The translations under genes were made by a program, and so were the position numbers. Positions 1 through 10,619 of a DNA stretch of 64,000 nt are shown here, one piece after another. The notes under the pieces were generated by a model that was not told where the DNA came from, did no database searches, and saw nothing but the letters and a program-made list of their open reading frames with translations. Each line of letters starts with the position of its first letter. Position 1 is the first letter of the stretch. Origin of the DNA: an uncultured Verrucomicrobiae bacterium (GTDB taxonomy: Bacteria > Verrucomicrobiota > Verrucomicrobiia > Limisphaerales > Palsa-1400); NCBI GenBank assembly GCA_963702845.1, contig OY969763.1, positions 2,944,001 to 3,008,000 of the forward strand. The letters are read 5' to 3'.

Positions 1-223
1 CTTTGCCCACTTTCACGCCAACGATAAAAACTTAAAAGGACCGGGTTTCGGCAAAGTTGATTTTCGTCCGATTGCCGGCGCATTGAAAGAATCCGGTTAC
101 AACGGATACGTTTCAGTTGAAGTGTTCAAGTTCGATGAAGGTCCGGAAGTGATCGCAACAAAAAGCCTGCAATACCTTCACGAAGTTTTCGGGTTGAAGA
201 ATCCGCAACCTGCAACGACGTAA
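1..223 (+). CDS. Sugar-phosphate isomerase/epimerase (xylose-isomerase-like TIM barrel), 5'-partial
   Basis: Frame 2 reads FAHFHANDKNLKGPGFGKVDFRPIAGALKESGYNGYVSVEVF..., with the typical H-x-x-D, PG-G-VDF and GY-G-VSVE motifs; stop TAA at 221-223. Confidence 0.8.
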   Translation, partial: FAHFHANDKNLKGPGFGKVDFRPIAGALKESGYNGYVSVEVFKFDEGPEVIATKSLQYLHEVFGLKNPQPATT

Positions 224-227
224 GTTC

Positions 228-935
228 ATGACGACAAAAACCGCAATCATCACAGGCGCAGGCAGCGGCGTCGGGCGCGCGATCACAATTGCATTGGCGC
301 GCGAGCAATGGAAATTAACGATCACCGGACGGCAGCAAGCGCCGCTCGAAGAAACCAGGTGTATGACGGAAAGCTCCGATGTTTTGGTCGCACCCTGCGA
401 TCTGCGCAACGAGGCGGACGTAACGAAAATGATTCAACAAGCGCGCGAGCGATTCGGCTTTGTGTCGACGCTAATCTATGCCGCGGGAATTAACGTTCCG
501 CGCCGAAGCTGGTCCGAAATCAGCACTGAAGATTTTCGCAGCATTATTGATACAAATCTGACCGGCGCATTTTTCTGCTCGCGCGGGCTCATCGGCGACA
601 TGCGCAAGAATAGTAACGGCACGATCATTCACATCGTTTCTGATGCAGCCAAGCAAGCCAGCGCCAAATCAGGCATTGCCTATAGCGCTTCAAAGTTTGC
701 ACAAGCGGGCCTGGTGCAATCGATCAATGCTGAAGAACGCGCGAACGGCATTCGCGCCTGCGCCATTTTCCCGGGCGACATTGACACTCCCCTGCTCAAC
801 AAACGTCAATCGCCGCCGCCGGCGGAGGCCCGTGCAAAAATGTTAAAGCCGGATGACATCGCACAATGCGTATTGCTCGCGTTAAATTTGCCCGATCGCG
901 CAATCGTAGAAGAAATTGTGATTCGGCCGCGGTGA
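228..935 (+). CDS. Short-chain dehydrogenase/reductase (SDR)
   Basis: TGAGSGVG Rossmann motif, YSASK catalytic motif, PGDIDT. Confidence 0.93.
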   Translation: MTTKTAIITGAGSGVGRAITIALAREQWKLTITGRQQAPLEETRCMTESSDVLVAPCDLRNEADVTKMIQQARERFGFVSTLIYAAGINVPRRSWSEISTEDFRSIIDTNLTGAFFCSRGLIGDMRKNSNGTIIHIVSDAAKQASAKSGIAYSASKFAQAGLVQSINAEERANGIRACAIFPGDIDTPLLNKRQSPPPAEARAKMLKPDDIAQCVLLALNLPDRAIVEEIVIRPR

Positions 936-951
936 GCTTTTCAATGGCTGT

Positions 952-2090
952 TCAGAACGACACGGCCAAACCAACATTTACCGATATGGCATCGGTGAAA
1001 TCTACCGCCGCCACATGCGGACCAATTCTATGCTCATACGTGCCGAGGTCCTGCCACTGCACTCCGATAAAAATGCGTTCGTCGGGATAAATGGGAATGA
1101 CTATGTTTCCTGCCAGAAATCCTCCGGCGACCACCCCTATTGTATCGCTCGATCCTTGTTGCGCCGCTGACGTTGCACCGCCGCTGAGACTCACGCTTGC
1201 TGGAAGAAAGACCTGCTCGCGAAATGAGAAAGTACTGTCAAACACCGCTACGCCCAAGCCACCGGCGAAATCGAGTTCCAGTCGGTTACAAATCGGAATG
1301 TGCAGTTTCGGCCCCAAATGAAGCTGCCAAACATTGGCGTCAAAATGACGATCAGAGACAACCGTTGCGATTTGGCCATTCGGCGCGACGCTGCGCATTG
1401 GAGTATCGCCCAGCAGTGATGTGCCAAGCCCCCCCGAAAACGGCCCGTTGTAAGGAGCCGCCGGAACACCAGTAGCGAAAACCAGATCTGCGGAATCGCA
1501 TAGACGTCAGTCGTCACCAGCACCGGCGATGTGGTCGTCTTATTTTCGTTCACATCAATCTTGGTAAAACCGAAATCTGCTTCAATGCCCCAATACCACT
1601 TCTCGGATTGGCAAATAATGCGCTCATACTCCAGGTTAAACCCGTGGCGCGGGTCATCGTTCTTTATCTCTCCGAACGGCTGCGTAAAACTGCTGTGCAT
1701 CGAAATCGTGTTCGCCGTATCGTTCCGTTGACTGTCATTCTGGTAGCCCCAAAACGTGGTCGTATTTGGAAACGTTTGAGCGCTGTGATCGTTGCCCTGC
1801 GCATCGACCTTATTATATCCGTCGTCATAGGTATGATTAGCTGGATGCGTCGCTGGACCAGGATTGAACGGCGGCTGGGTACCGCCAAAACCTTTGAAAC
1901 CCGTGCGAATATTCAAGCCCATTTGATAGGACATACTTACGTTGTTCAACGGCCGGATCGAAGGTCTGGGTTTGACCGCATCCAGCCGCACTATCTCACG
2001 CTGCACTGCTCCGTCGAGTTGATCGTTTTGGGCACGGGCGCATGCCACCATCAAAAAACCGCCGACTAAGGCCAAACGCAATGATATCAT
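952..2090 (-). CDS. Putative outer-membrane beta-barrel protein, one frameshift near 1490
   Basis: Signal peptide MISLRLALVGG...ARA; ORFs 1248-2219 and 952-1398 join with one shift (...YAIP/ADLVFATGVPAAPYNGPFSGG...); amphipathic strands ending in C-terminal Phe (SVNVGLAVSF). Confidence 0.65.
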
Positions 2091-2258
2091 AGCGGGTGTA
2101 TAATTGATTGACAGTTTAACTAACGCTATGGAAAAGACAACCTTGAGTGAAGGGAGTTTGACTTCAAGGTTTTGCCCATCCGCAGCCCTGTGCATAAATT
2201 TTTTGAAAAACTTCTGCACATCGCGCGACGGAACCGTTAAGAATACCCCCCGCGAACA

Positions 2259-2936
2259 ATGAAAGGCTTGTTCATCACATTCGAAGGCACCGAGGGTAGC
2301 GGCAAATCAACCCAAATTGCATTGCTGGAAGAACGTTTACTCGAAGCCGGAAACGTCGTCCAGATGCTGCGCGAACCGGGTGGAACCCCTATTGGCGAAG
2401 AAATCCGCCACACCCTCAAGCACAGCGAATTCAATCGCGGGATGAAGCCCGAAACGGAATTGCTCCTGATGAATGCCGCGCGCGCGCAACTCGTCCGGGA
2501 AGTTATTCGTCCAGCGCTCGATGCCGGCGAAATTGTCCTTTGCGATCGTTTTTATGACTCGACGATTGCCTATCAAGGCTACGGCCGCGGTTTGGATCCG
2601 AAGTGGGTGCAGACCATTGTTGATTTCGCCATCGGCGATACCCGACCCGATCTGACCTTGCTCCTCACCGTTCCCGTTTCAATCAGCGAAGCGCGTCGTC
2701 TTGCTCGGCAGCCTTTGCTGATTCCGGTTCCACCCACGAAAGCGCCCGGACCGCCGAAACTTGGATTTATCCGCGATCGAATGGAAGAAGCTGACCGCGC
2801 GTTCTTCGAACGCGTGGAAGAGGGCTATAGAGAAATTGCAGGATCCGATAAAAAGCGGATTAAAGCGATCGACGGAACGCAAACCGTTGACAAAGTCACC
2901 AGCGACATCTGGGCGCAAGTGTCCAAACTGCTTTAG
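2259..2936 (+). CDS. tmk: Thymidylate kinase
   Basis: FITFEGTEGSGKSTQ P-loop, REPGGT, CDRFYDSTIAYQG. Confidence 0.97.
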   Translation: MKGLFITFEGTEGSGKSTQIALLEERLLEAGNVVQMLREPGGTPIGEEIRHTLKHSEFNRGMKPETELLLMNAARAQLVREVIRPALDAGEIVLCDRFYDSTIAYQGYGRGLDPKWVQTIVDFAIGDTRPDLTLLLTVPVSISEARRLARQPLLIPVPPTKAPGPPKLGFIRDRMEEADRAFFERVEEGYREIAGSDKKRIKAIDGTQTVDKVTSDIWAQVSKLL

Positions 2937-3760
2937 ATATTCTGGGCAAACGCCAGCAGGCCGCGGTACTCCGCCATGATTGTCTTTAATGCCACGATGA
3001 TCGCATCGGCTTGAAGCTGCGTTGGAGCGGCATGCGGTGTTTCGAAAATAATCTCAAACGGCACCGGGTCGACTTCCGCCGGAGCGGCCAGGATGCCTTC
3101 GTACGCTTTATAGATAATTCCGTCGCGCGCTGCGAAACCGTCGATCGTCGCATTCACATTTCGGGGCAAAATCTTTCCCGCTTCCCGCAATGCTGGTCGC
3201 AATAACGCTTCAGTCAAAGTATGCCCGCGCACGAAACCGTAAATGCCTTCGCTCGTATCGTCAGCATGCAACTGAATAATGCCGTGAAAATGTCTGGCGC
3301 GCAGTTCCTTTTCCAAAAGCTCGACCTCCGGTTCGGTCGAGTGCTTCCAAAATTCGCGATTCAGATCTTTGCCGGCGCGCGAATAACGCGTGTTTTCCTC
3401 GAAGCCGGTGGGGTTACAGACCGGGTATGCATCAATGCGATAACCTTCGGCAAGGGCAGGCTGTTCGGATAATTCACTGAGAAATTGCACGACGGCTAAC
3501 GCTCCCGCTGGTTCGTCTCCGTGAATCGCCGCAAAAATACCGAGACGGATTGGGTCGGAAATGTTTGGATCGCGAAACGTTAGCCTCGGCAAATGATACT
3601 CTGCGCCGCCAACAGCAAACGAACCCAAGCACTCCGCCTGAACATGCGGCGCACGAACCGCCGGCTCGAGCAATAGCTCAAGCGAGCGTTTGCCGTCCTT
3701 GACGATAAACTGTGTGTCCGCGTCAAATGCCACGATAGTAATAATGACAGAGCGAACCAT
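2933..3760 (-). CDS. M14-like zinc metallopeptidase (succinylglutamate desuccinylase/aspartoacylase family)
   Basis: IHGDEPAG, NPTG...R, DLNREF, QLH and FETP motifs. Confidence 0.8.
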   Translation of the reverse strand: MVRSVIITIVAFDADTQFIVKDGKRSLELLLEPAVRAPHVQAECLGSFAVGGAEYHLPRLTFRDPNISDPIRLGIFAAIHGDEPAGALAVVQFLSELSEQPALAEGYRIDAYPVCNPTGFEENTRYSRAGKDLNREFWKHSTEPEVELLEKELRARHFHGIIQLHADDTSEGIYGFVRGHTLTEALLRPALREAGKILPRNVNATIDGFAARDGIIYKAYEGILAAPAEVDPVPFEIIFETPHAAPTQLQADAIIVALKTIMAEYRGLLAFAQNI

Positions 3761-3794
3761 TTCGGCAAGCAGTCCAACCTGGTGTGTTCCAGCG

Positions 3795-3824
3795 TTGACA
3801 TACGAATCAAATCAATTGTACATT
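3795..3824 (+). promoter_or_regulatory. Sigma70-like promoter of paralog 1
   Basis: TTGACA-N18-TACATT upstream of ATG 3877; same spacing as paralogs 2 and 3. Confidence 0.55.
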
Positions 3825-3876
3825 CTCGGCTATACCGTCTGATGCCCAGTTAGACAACTCCTAGCCAGAGGTCCAA

Positions 3877-6800
3877 ATGAAAAAGCTATCTCTAATTCTG
3901 TCATTCGCCATCCCGTTTCTTGCTTCCAACACATTACAAGCCCACCCGTATGCTTCGGGTGTCACTATTACAAGTGGCACGGTTTCGTTCTACCTGAACG
4001 AACCTGCTGACAGCGCCTACGTTGTGTTTGAGGATCACACCACAAACACATTGTCCGGCGTAAACACGTCCGGCGTTAAGTCGTTCGCGCTCGGTGCGCA
4101 CACGAGCTATTCAATTTACGTCAATAAGGTTGGCTCCGGGAACCCGTCGCTGATCAGCAGTGACGCCGCCGTATTTTGCAAATGGAACTCTCCTCGCGGT
4201 GTTGCCGTTAATTTCAATCCTAAAATCGGCTCAAAATTCGGTCGCATCTATGTTGCAAACAGCGCTATCGGTGGAACCGCTCCCAACGCCAAAGGCAAAG
4301 GTCTATATGCATTGAACGCCAATTTCACCGAAGCACTTGGCCGCGGCACCAACGCATCCCTGTCCTCCACCTTCACGGCTGCCTCGGCCAGCCAGCCGTA
4401 TCGCCTCGGTTTCAACCCTGACGATAACAGTATTGTAATTGGTGACTTTTCAACGGCAGCGGCAACTGTTTGGATGGCAGACTCCGATTTGACCACACCA
4501 ACTCAGGTGTTGGGCGTCGTCGGCCAAGTTGAGGGTCAAAATGCAGGGGTGCACGGTGAAATTAATAGCGTCTATGCCCGTGGCACCATTGCCAACAGCA
4601 ATTTCGTTCTGTGGACGGGCGATCCATCACTGCTTTCAGCGGCAACAAACTCTACGACGCCAAACAGCTACAACAACCTCAACCGTTACAACATCGGCAG
4701 CGGCCCTCTCCCTTGGGGAAATGCACCGAATCTCGCAATCAATCTCGGATTGCCAACCACGCAACAGGATATACCTGTTGATATCGATATCGACCCCAAC
4801 GGAAACATTTACGGCGGTTTCAACCGCGCTGCGAAGGACGCCCCTTGCCTTCAAGTCTTCGCACCCAATAGTTCGACACCTTATTACTCCTCTTTGGATA
4901 CCGGCAACAATATTGAAACTATTACCAACGGTTGCAATTCCATGCGCGTGTCACCCGATGGCAAGTATGTTGCATGTATGTCGGCCGGGAACCTCATATA
5001 TGTCATGAGCATTATCAATGGATCACCTGACCCGACGACCCTGTTCACGATTCCAAACACGCCCACGACCATTACGGGCCGCAATATCGCGTGGGATGCA
5101 GCGGACAACATCTACGAAGTCAGCTCTGGCCAAGCTCTGCTTCGCTGCTATTCGTTGGGCCAGACGACCACCGCAATAACGAGCAACGACTCAACCGGCC
5201 TCAATGGCAGTTTCTCATTGGTTGTTCCTCCCTATAATGTTTCACTTCAAGCTTCGACGCCTATTGCTTCGCAGAACCACGGCAGCCCGATTCCCGGCGT
5301 TTTTACCATCAGTCGCAGCAGCGGTGACCTTACAAAATCTTTAACTGTCAACTTCACGCTCAGCGGAACTGCCACTAACGGCACCTACACCACTCCGGCT
5401 AGGACAAACATTACGTTTGCACCTAATCAAACAACCACCAATATCAACATCACACCGACTGCAACGCCGGTTTCAGGCCCAACGCTGACCGTAGTGCTTT
5501 CGTTGCAGCCGTCGCAATCCTACATCATCACACCGCCCGCAAGCGCGACAATTTCCATCCTGAACACCGGCCCTCAATATGTGTTTGCTTCCGCAGTCGT
5601 TGCCCCTGGCGAGATGTATCGTGGACACACGACCGATTACGCTCTCTACGTCCTCACACGTTGGGGTGACATAAACCCGCCGTCCGGCGCCTATGACGTC
5701 AACATGACGTACAGCGGATCCGCTGTGCTTGGCACAGACTATATGACTGGCACTCCGACAGTCACAATCAACCCCGGTGACGTCACCGTCATTGCCAGCG
5801 TGTCCCAACCGGTCAAGAACACCACTTATTCCGGTGACAAAACGATTACTGTCCAAACCGCATCGGGTAGCGGTTATACCGCCGGAACCAACACAGCTAT
5901 TCTGACCCTGCTCGATAATTTGTATCCTGCAGAAACCGTGTTGTGGTCAGATGATTTGAGCGCCGACACCTCGACGAATTGGACGGCCATGGCGAGAACG
6001 ACGGCTGGCCCAACCACAGATTACAGCGCGAATTTCGCTTACCCGGTCGGGAATGATTTTGTTGGCAATGCACCGAATGGCGCGGCAACGGCACTGAAAG
6101 TTACCTGCAACAAATCTGCCAATGCTGCCGCAGGCCTTAATCTGTTTCCGACGGGACGCTCATTCAGCAACAATTTTGCATTGCGCTTCGATATGAACTT
6201 GGTCCAGGACCAGAACTTAAGCACAGCTACCGAATCCGCTTTGTTCGGCATCGATCACGCCGGCAACAACGTAAACTGGCTCAGCTCGAGCGTGGCTGGC
6301 ACTGGCAGCGCCGATGGTGTGTGGTACACGATTTCGTCCGACGCCGGCGGAGCCGCATCTGGTGACTTCTTTGAATTCAGCGGAGCTACACTGCGTAGCG
6401 CGCTCTCCAGTGCTGGCTTCACCAACTCATACAAACATCCTGGCGTCTATACGTCAGTATTCACCGTCGGTAGCACAGGCGCCATTGGTGTCCCGGCGAA
6501 TGCAACTGGTCTCGCGACCGAATGGGCCAGCGTTGAAATTAAGCAAAGTAATAACGTGGTTACCTTGTCAATCGACCACATGCCCATCTATGTCTTTACC
6601 AACACGACGGCCTTCACCACCGGCGCCGTCATGCTCGGTTACGACGATCCATTCGCTTCAGTGGGCACTAGCGGCGCCGCTTACTATTCAAATGCGCGCG
6701 TCGTCGACTTAGGCTCTGGCATCGCGATCGCACCGAGGATTACGAGCGTCACGGTTAATGGCGCTAATGTTGTCATCTCGTTCACGACGACGAGTACCAG

Positions 6801-6954
6801 CGACACGACCTCGGCATTTACATTACAGAGTGTAGGTAATGTTACCGGCACTTTCACGGATGTTGCCGCAACGATTACAGGTGGCTCTGGATCGTTCCAG
6901 GCGACGATTTCGCTCGCTGGGGCAACTCAGTTCTATCGAATCCGGCACAATTAA
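3877..6954 (+). CDS. Large secreted multidomain protein, paralog 1 (beta-propeller-like, Calx-beta-like, lectin-like and C-terminal FYR domains)
   Basis: Sec signal; SPRGVAVN...GRIYVANS blades; Calx-beta-like LTVNFTLSGTATNG...ITFAPNQT; ends QFYRIRHN. Confidence 0.85.
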   Translation: MKKLSLILSFAIPFLASNTLQAHPYASGVTITSGTVSFYLNEPADSAYVVFEDHTTNTLSGVNTSGVKSFALGAHTSYSIYVNKVGSGNPSLISSDAAVFCKWNSPRGVAVNFNPKIGSKFGRIYVANSAIGGTAPNAKGKGLYALNANFTEALGRGTNASLSSTFTAASASQPYRLGFNPDDNSIVIGDFSTAAATVWMADSDLTTPTQVLGVVGQVEGQNAGVHGEINSVYARGTIANSNFVLWTGDPSLLSAATNSTTPNSYNNLNRYNIGSGPLPWGNAPNLAINLGLPTTQQDIPVDIDIDPNGNIYGGFNRAAKDAPCLQVFAPNSSTPYYSSLDTGNNIETITNGCNSMRVSPDGKYVACMSAGNLIYVMSIINGSPDPTTLFTIPNTPTTITGRNIAWDAADNIYEVSSGQALLRCYSLGQTTTAITSNDSTGLNGSFSLVVPPYNVSLQASTPIASQNHGSPIPGVFTISRSSGDLTKSLTVNFTLSGTATNGTYTTPARTNITFAPNQTTTNINITPTATPVSGPTLTVVLSLQPSQSYIITPPASATISILNTGPQYVFASAVVAPGEMYRGHTTDYALYVLTRWGDINPPSGAYDVNMTYSGSAVLGTDYMTGTPTVTINPGDVTVIASVSQPVKNTTYSGDKTITVQTASGSGYTAGTNTAILTLLDNLYPAETVLWSDDLSADTSTNWTAMARTTAGPTTDYSANFAYPVGNDFVGNAPNGAATALKVTCNKSANAAAGLNLFPTGRSFSNNFALRFDMNLVQDQNLSTATESALFGIDHAGNNVNWLSSSVAGTGSADGVWYTISSDAGGAASGDFFEFSGATLRSALSSAGFTNSYKHPGVYTSVFTVGSTGAIGVPANATGLATEWASVEIKQSNNVVTLSIDHMPIYVFTNTTAFTTGAVMLGYDDPFASVGTSGAAYYSNARVVDLGSGIAIAPRITSVTVNGANVVISFTTTSTSDTTSAFTLQSVGNVTGTFTDVAATITGGSGSFQATISLAGATQFYRIRHN

Positions 6955-6974
6955 AGGATCTAATTAAAAATGGC

Positions 6975-7003
6975 TCGGCAGACCTCGTTCTGCCGACCTT
7001 TTC
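6975..7003 (+). terminator. Rho-independent terminator
   Basis: TCGGCAGA/TCTGCCGA stem followed by a T-rich tract. Confidence 0.7.
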
Positions 7004-7042
7004 TTGTTCAATTGGCGCTGTAAAATGTACAGCTACAACGGT

Positions 7043-7115
7043 ATCAGGAAACCCCTGATTCAGCGCGATAAGTCGCTATGGGCGATTGACAATCTGATTG
7101 AAAAACGCCTAGCAT
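7043..7115 (+). promoter_or_regulatory. Dyad operator plus sigma70-like promoter of paralog 2
   Basis: ATCAGGAAACCCCTGAT (7043-7059); TTGACA 7086-7091, N18, TAGCAT; conserved with 10509-10580. Confidence 0.7.
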
Positions 7116-7153
7116 TCGGCTCACCTTAGTGCGCGTGCTCCAAACTTTAACTT

Positions 7154-10100
7154 ATGAAAAAACTTACTTCCGTCCTGATCCTGGCTGGTGGTTTACTAGC
7201 AGCTGTTACCGCGAATGCAACGCCGTTTGCTTCGTGCATCAGTAATATCAACAACACCGTCTACTTCAACCTCAACGAACCCGGTGGCAACGTCACCGTC
7301 ACGTATGAAGACGGCAGCACTAACGCCAATTTTGACGGCAAAGTAACCGGCCTAAACCTTCCTGTCGGCTATCAAAATTTCAGTCTTGTCGGCCATTCCA
7401 GCTACGCCATTTCCGTCTATAAGGTAGGCAGCGGTTCGCCAAGCGTTACCAAAAACATCGCTCGGAACACCGGTCGCGGCATAGTAGGCAACGTCAGGCC
7501 GACGTCGCCATATTTTGGTTACGTTTACTCTGTAATCGGCGGTTCCGGTACAGTAGTCATGCGCAGCGATGGCAGTGGCGGGGCGGCCGGCAATCCATTT
7601 CCAGGGAGCACACTGAAACCGACGATGGTTAGTGGCGACCTTTGGGGAGCCAATACTTACTCTGAGGTCGGCATCTCGATCGCTCCGGATGATTACGTCC
7701 TCGTCTCCGATTACACCTCCGCTGTAGAAGGCGGCGTTATTCGCGTGAACCCGACGTTTACCAGTGCGCAACTACTCCTAAATGGTCTCACTGGCCTCAG
7801 CAGCCCTGCCGATACTGGCAGTGGCCAGAATCACGGAACGGCCGAATCGCGCGCAATCATGACTGCCGGCGTCGGGAGCAACGCAACTTTGTTCGTGGTG
7901 GACGGAACAGCTTTCCCTTATTACAACCAGCTTTGTAGATACGACCTAGGAAACGCGATCTATGGAAACGGAACAATGCCGTTTATTGGTCAGCCTTCAA
8001 TTCTAGCGGCTATCAATCCATCTGTTGCTCCTAATGGCCCGCTGACCAACCCAGTCCCGGGATTTGGCAGGTACTCTTCGCGCTGGTTTGTCAATGGGCA
8101 CAAACGGTTATATCTATGCGAGCTGCGACAGAGCAAACCTATCGAATCCCAACCTTCAGGTTTATGCTCCAGATGGCGTAACCCTGCTTTGGAGTTCATT
8201 CTACACCAATAACGGAGTGCTTCAGGACTATACGGTCACCGGGACCACACAACTCCCTGAAACTCACTCAGGTCCAGCGGAATCGGCATTGTCTCCCGAC
8301 AACCGTTACATTGCGCTGATTCACGACGACAACCACCTAACGATCTTCACCCTTACCAATGGCATTCCTGACCTTTCCACGGAATACCTGATTAATGCCA
8401 AACAAGAACTGTTCACAACGAACGTCCAAGGCACCATCTCTGGTCGTGGAATTTGCTGGGATGCAGCGAATAACCTTTGGGTATCGTGCGTTACGACTAA
8501 TGCCTCCAATACTGGCTTTGGTGCTGTGATGCAGATTTCCGTGGGTCGTACAGCCACGGCTATCACCAGTGGTAATTCCACTGGCACAACTGGATTCCAA
8601 ATCGTTTCACCGACCGAGGTGGACATAGCGCCCGTGCAACCTTTTGCTCCCCAAGCCAACAGCTATCCGAATTATCCTATCGCGGCTACGAACGTAATCA
8701 CTCGTATCGGCGACATTAGTTCGCCGCTTACTGTCACATTTTCAATGAGCGGAACGGCTGGGGCCGGCACCTATACGGTGAGTGTCCCTAGTTCAATTAC
8801 CTTTGCTCCCGGACAAAGTTCGACAAACGTCACCGTTACCGCGGTCACCGACGGCATTCCTCGTCCGACGACAACGGCCATCATGACGTTAAACAGCAGT
8901 GGCTCGGGGCAATACATCGTTGGTTTCCAAAATCAGGCCACAATATTCATCATCAATACCGCCACACCGCAATTGACTGTCGGCAACGCTGCAACGTCGA
9001 TGTATAAAGCTTACTCCAACGATTACGCCTCGATCTCTGTTACGCGTATCGGAGATACAAACATTGCCGTAACGAGCGCTGCATTCACTTATGGCGGTGC
9101 GGCAGTCAGAAATACGGATTTCGCCAGCATCAGTACCACAGTCGCATTTGCCAAAGGCGACCTCACGAAGACGGTCAAGATTGCCAAACCACTCGTGAAT
9201 GGCCAAATTCCGGTTCACACCTCAAATCCAACCTACACTGGAGATAAGACCTTTACCGTGACGATCCCGTCAGGAACGGGCTACAACACATATTCGAGCA
9301 ACAATGTCGCAACGCTAAAGATCGTCGACAATGCATACCCCACCGCCACGGTGCTCTACGCGAATCCGTTGACCGATCCTAATGACTCGGCGAACTGGAA
9401 CATTACCGCTGCCGTTGGCGACACATCCGCCAGCACCGATTACTACGTCGATTTCGGCTACGATCTCAGCGCCAACAACGGTCAATCGGGTGCCAATGGC
9501 CTTATTTCGCTGCCTCCGAATGGGCAATCGAGCGCTCTGCATGTGACAACAGGCAAACAGTTCGGCAATGAAGCCCAAGCAGTGAACGTGTACCTCACCA
9601 GTCAACGGTTCAGCGGCAACTATGCCGTTCGGTTCAACATGTATGTTGTCCAGGGCCAGAACGTCCCAATGTCGGACGAAGGCCCACTGTTCGGCATCAA
9701 CCACGACGGTGTGGAAAGCAACTGGTGGTTTGGTTCGGGCACTCTGACTCCTAACACATCATGGTCGGCAGACGGCGTTTGGTACTGGATCGACGCGTGG
9801 GCGGGCGGCCTAGGCAGCGATTACAGGGAGTTCACCGGAATTTCAAACAACATTCCAAACTCCGGTTGGCGAAATCCGGCCACATCAACGTCGGCATCAT
9901 TCCAAAACATATTCAAAGGTCCTGACGTCTTCTCGACTGTAAACTCCTCGAGCAATGCCGTTTCAGGTCTGCCAGCAAACGCCAGCCCGTTCGTGAAGCC
10001 AAGCCTCGTTGGCAACTGGGCTGATGTTGAAATCAGGAACTCGAACAATGTCGTTGTATTGTCTATCAACAAGCAACAAATCTTCAGCCTCGCCAACACC

Positions 10101-10454
10101 AACTCCCTTTTTCAGAGTGGATACCTGATGTTAGGCTATGAAACGCCTGCCGCATCAACTGGTGCCGGCCCAGACGCAGCCGTCTACTTCTCGGACTTGA
10201 AAGTCGTCAGCCTCGCCTCAGCGATCGCCGCGCCCACCATTACCAGCACCACTGTGAATGGTGCCAACGTGGTCATCAACTTCACCTCGCCGAATGGCGG
10301 TGATACGACGACGTCGTTCACGGTTCGAAGTGTGCCCGTAGTGGATGGCACGTTTACCGACACCCCGGCAACAATCACTGGTGGACCTGGAACATTCCAA
10401 GCGACGCTTCCTTTATCTGGTTCGACGCAGTTCTACCGCATCCATCACAACTAA
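7154..10454 (+). CDS. Large secreted multidomain protein, paralog 2, frameshifted near 8063
   Basis: ORFs 7154-8212 and 8064-10454 together align end to end with paralog 3; ends QFYRIHHN. Confidence 0.85.
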
Positions 10455-10470
10455 ATAGATTAATCTAAAC

Positions 10471-10502
10471 AAGCCGGCAGGTTCATTCCTGCCGGCTTTT
10501 TT
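10471..10502 (+). terminator. Rho-independent terminator
   Basis: AAGCCGGCAGG/CCTGCCGGCTT stem plus T run. Confidence 0.85.
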
Positions 10503-10508
10503 ATTCCC

Positions 10509-10580
10509 ATCAGGAAACCCCTGATTCAGCGCGGTAGTCGCTATGGGCGATTGACATTCCGTTTGAAAAACCTCTACCAT
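10509..10580 (+). promoter_or_regulatory. Dyad operator plus sigma70-like promoter of paralog 3
   Basis: ATCAGGAAACCCCTGAT (10509-10525); TTGACA 10551-10556, N18, TACCAT. Confidence 0.7.
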
Positions 10581-10619
10581 AAGGACGACCTTGGTGCGCG
10601 TGCTCCAAAATCAAATCTT

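Noticed and set aside
10551..10619. TTG start for paralog 3 given by the ORF track
   Set aside because: That TTG is the -35 box; ATG 10620 matches the paralog 2 signal peptide
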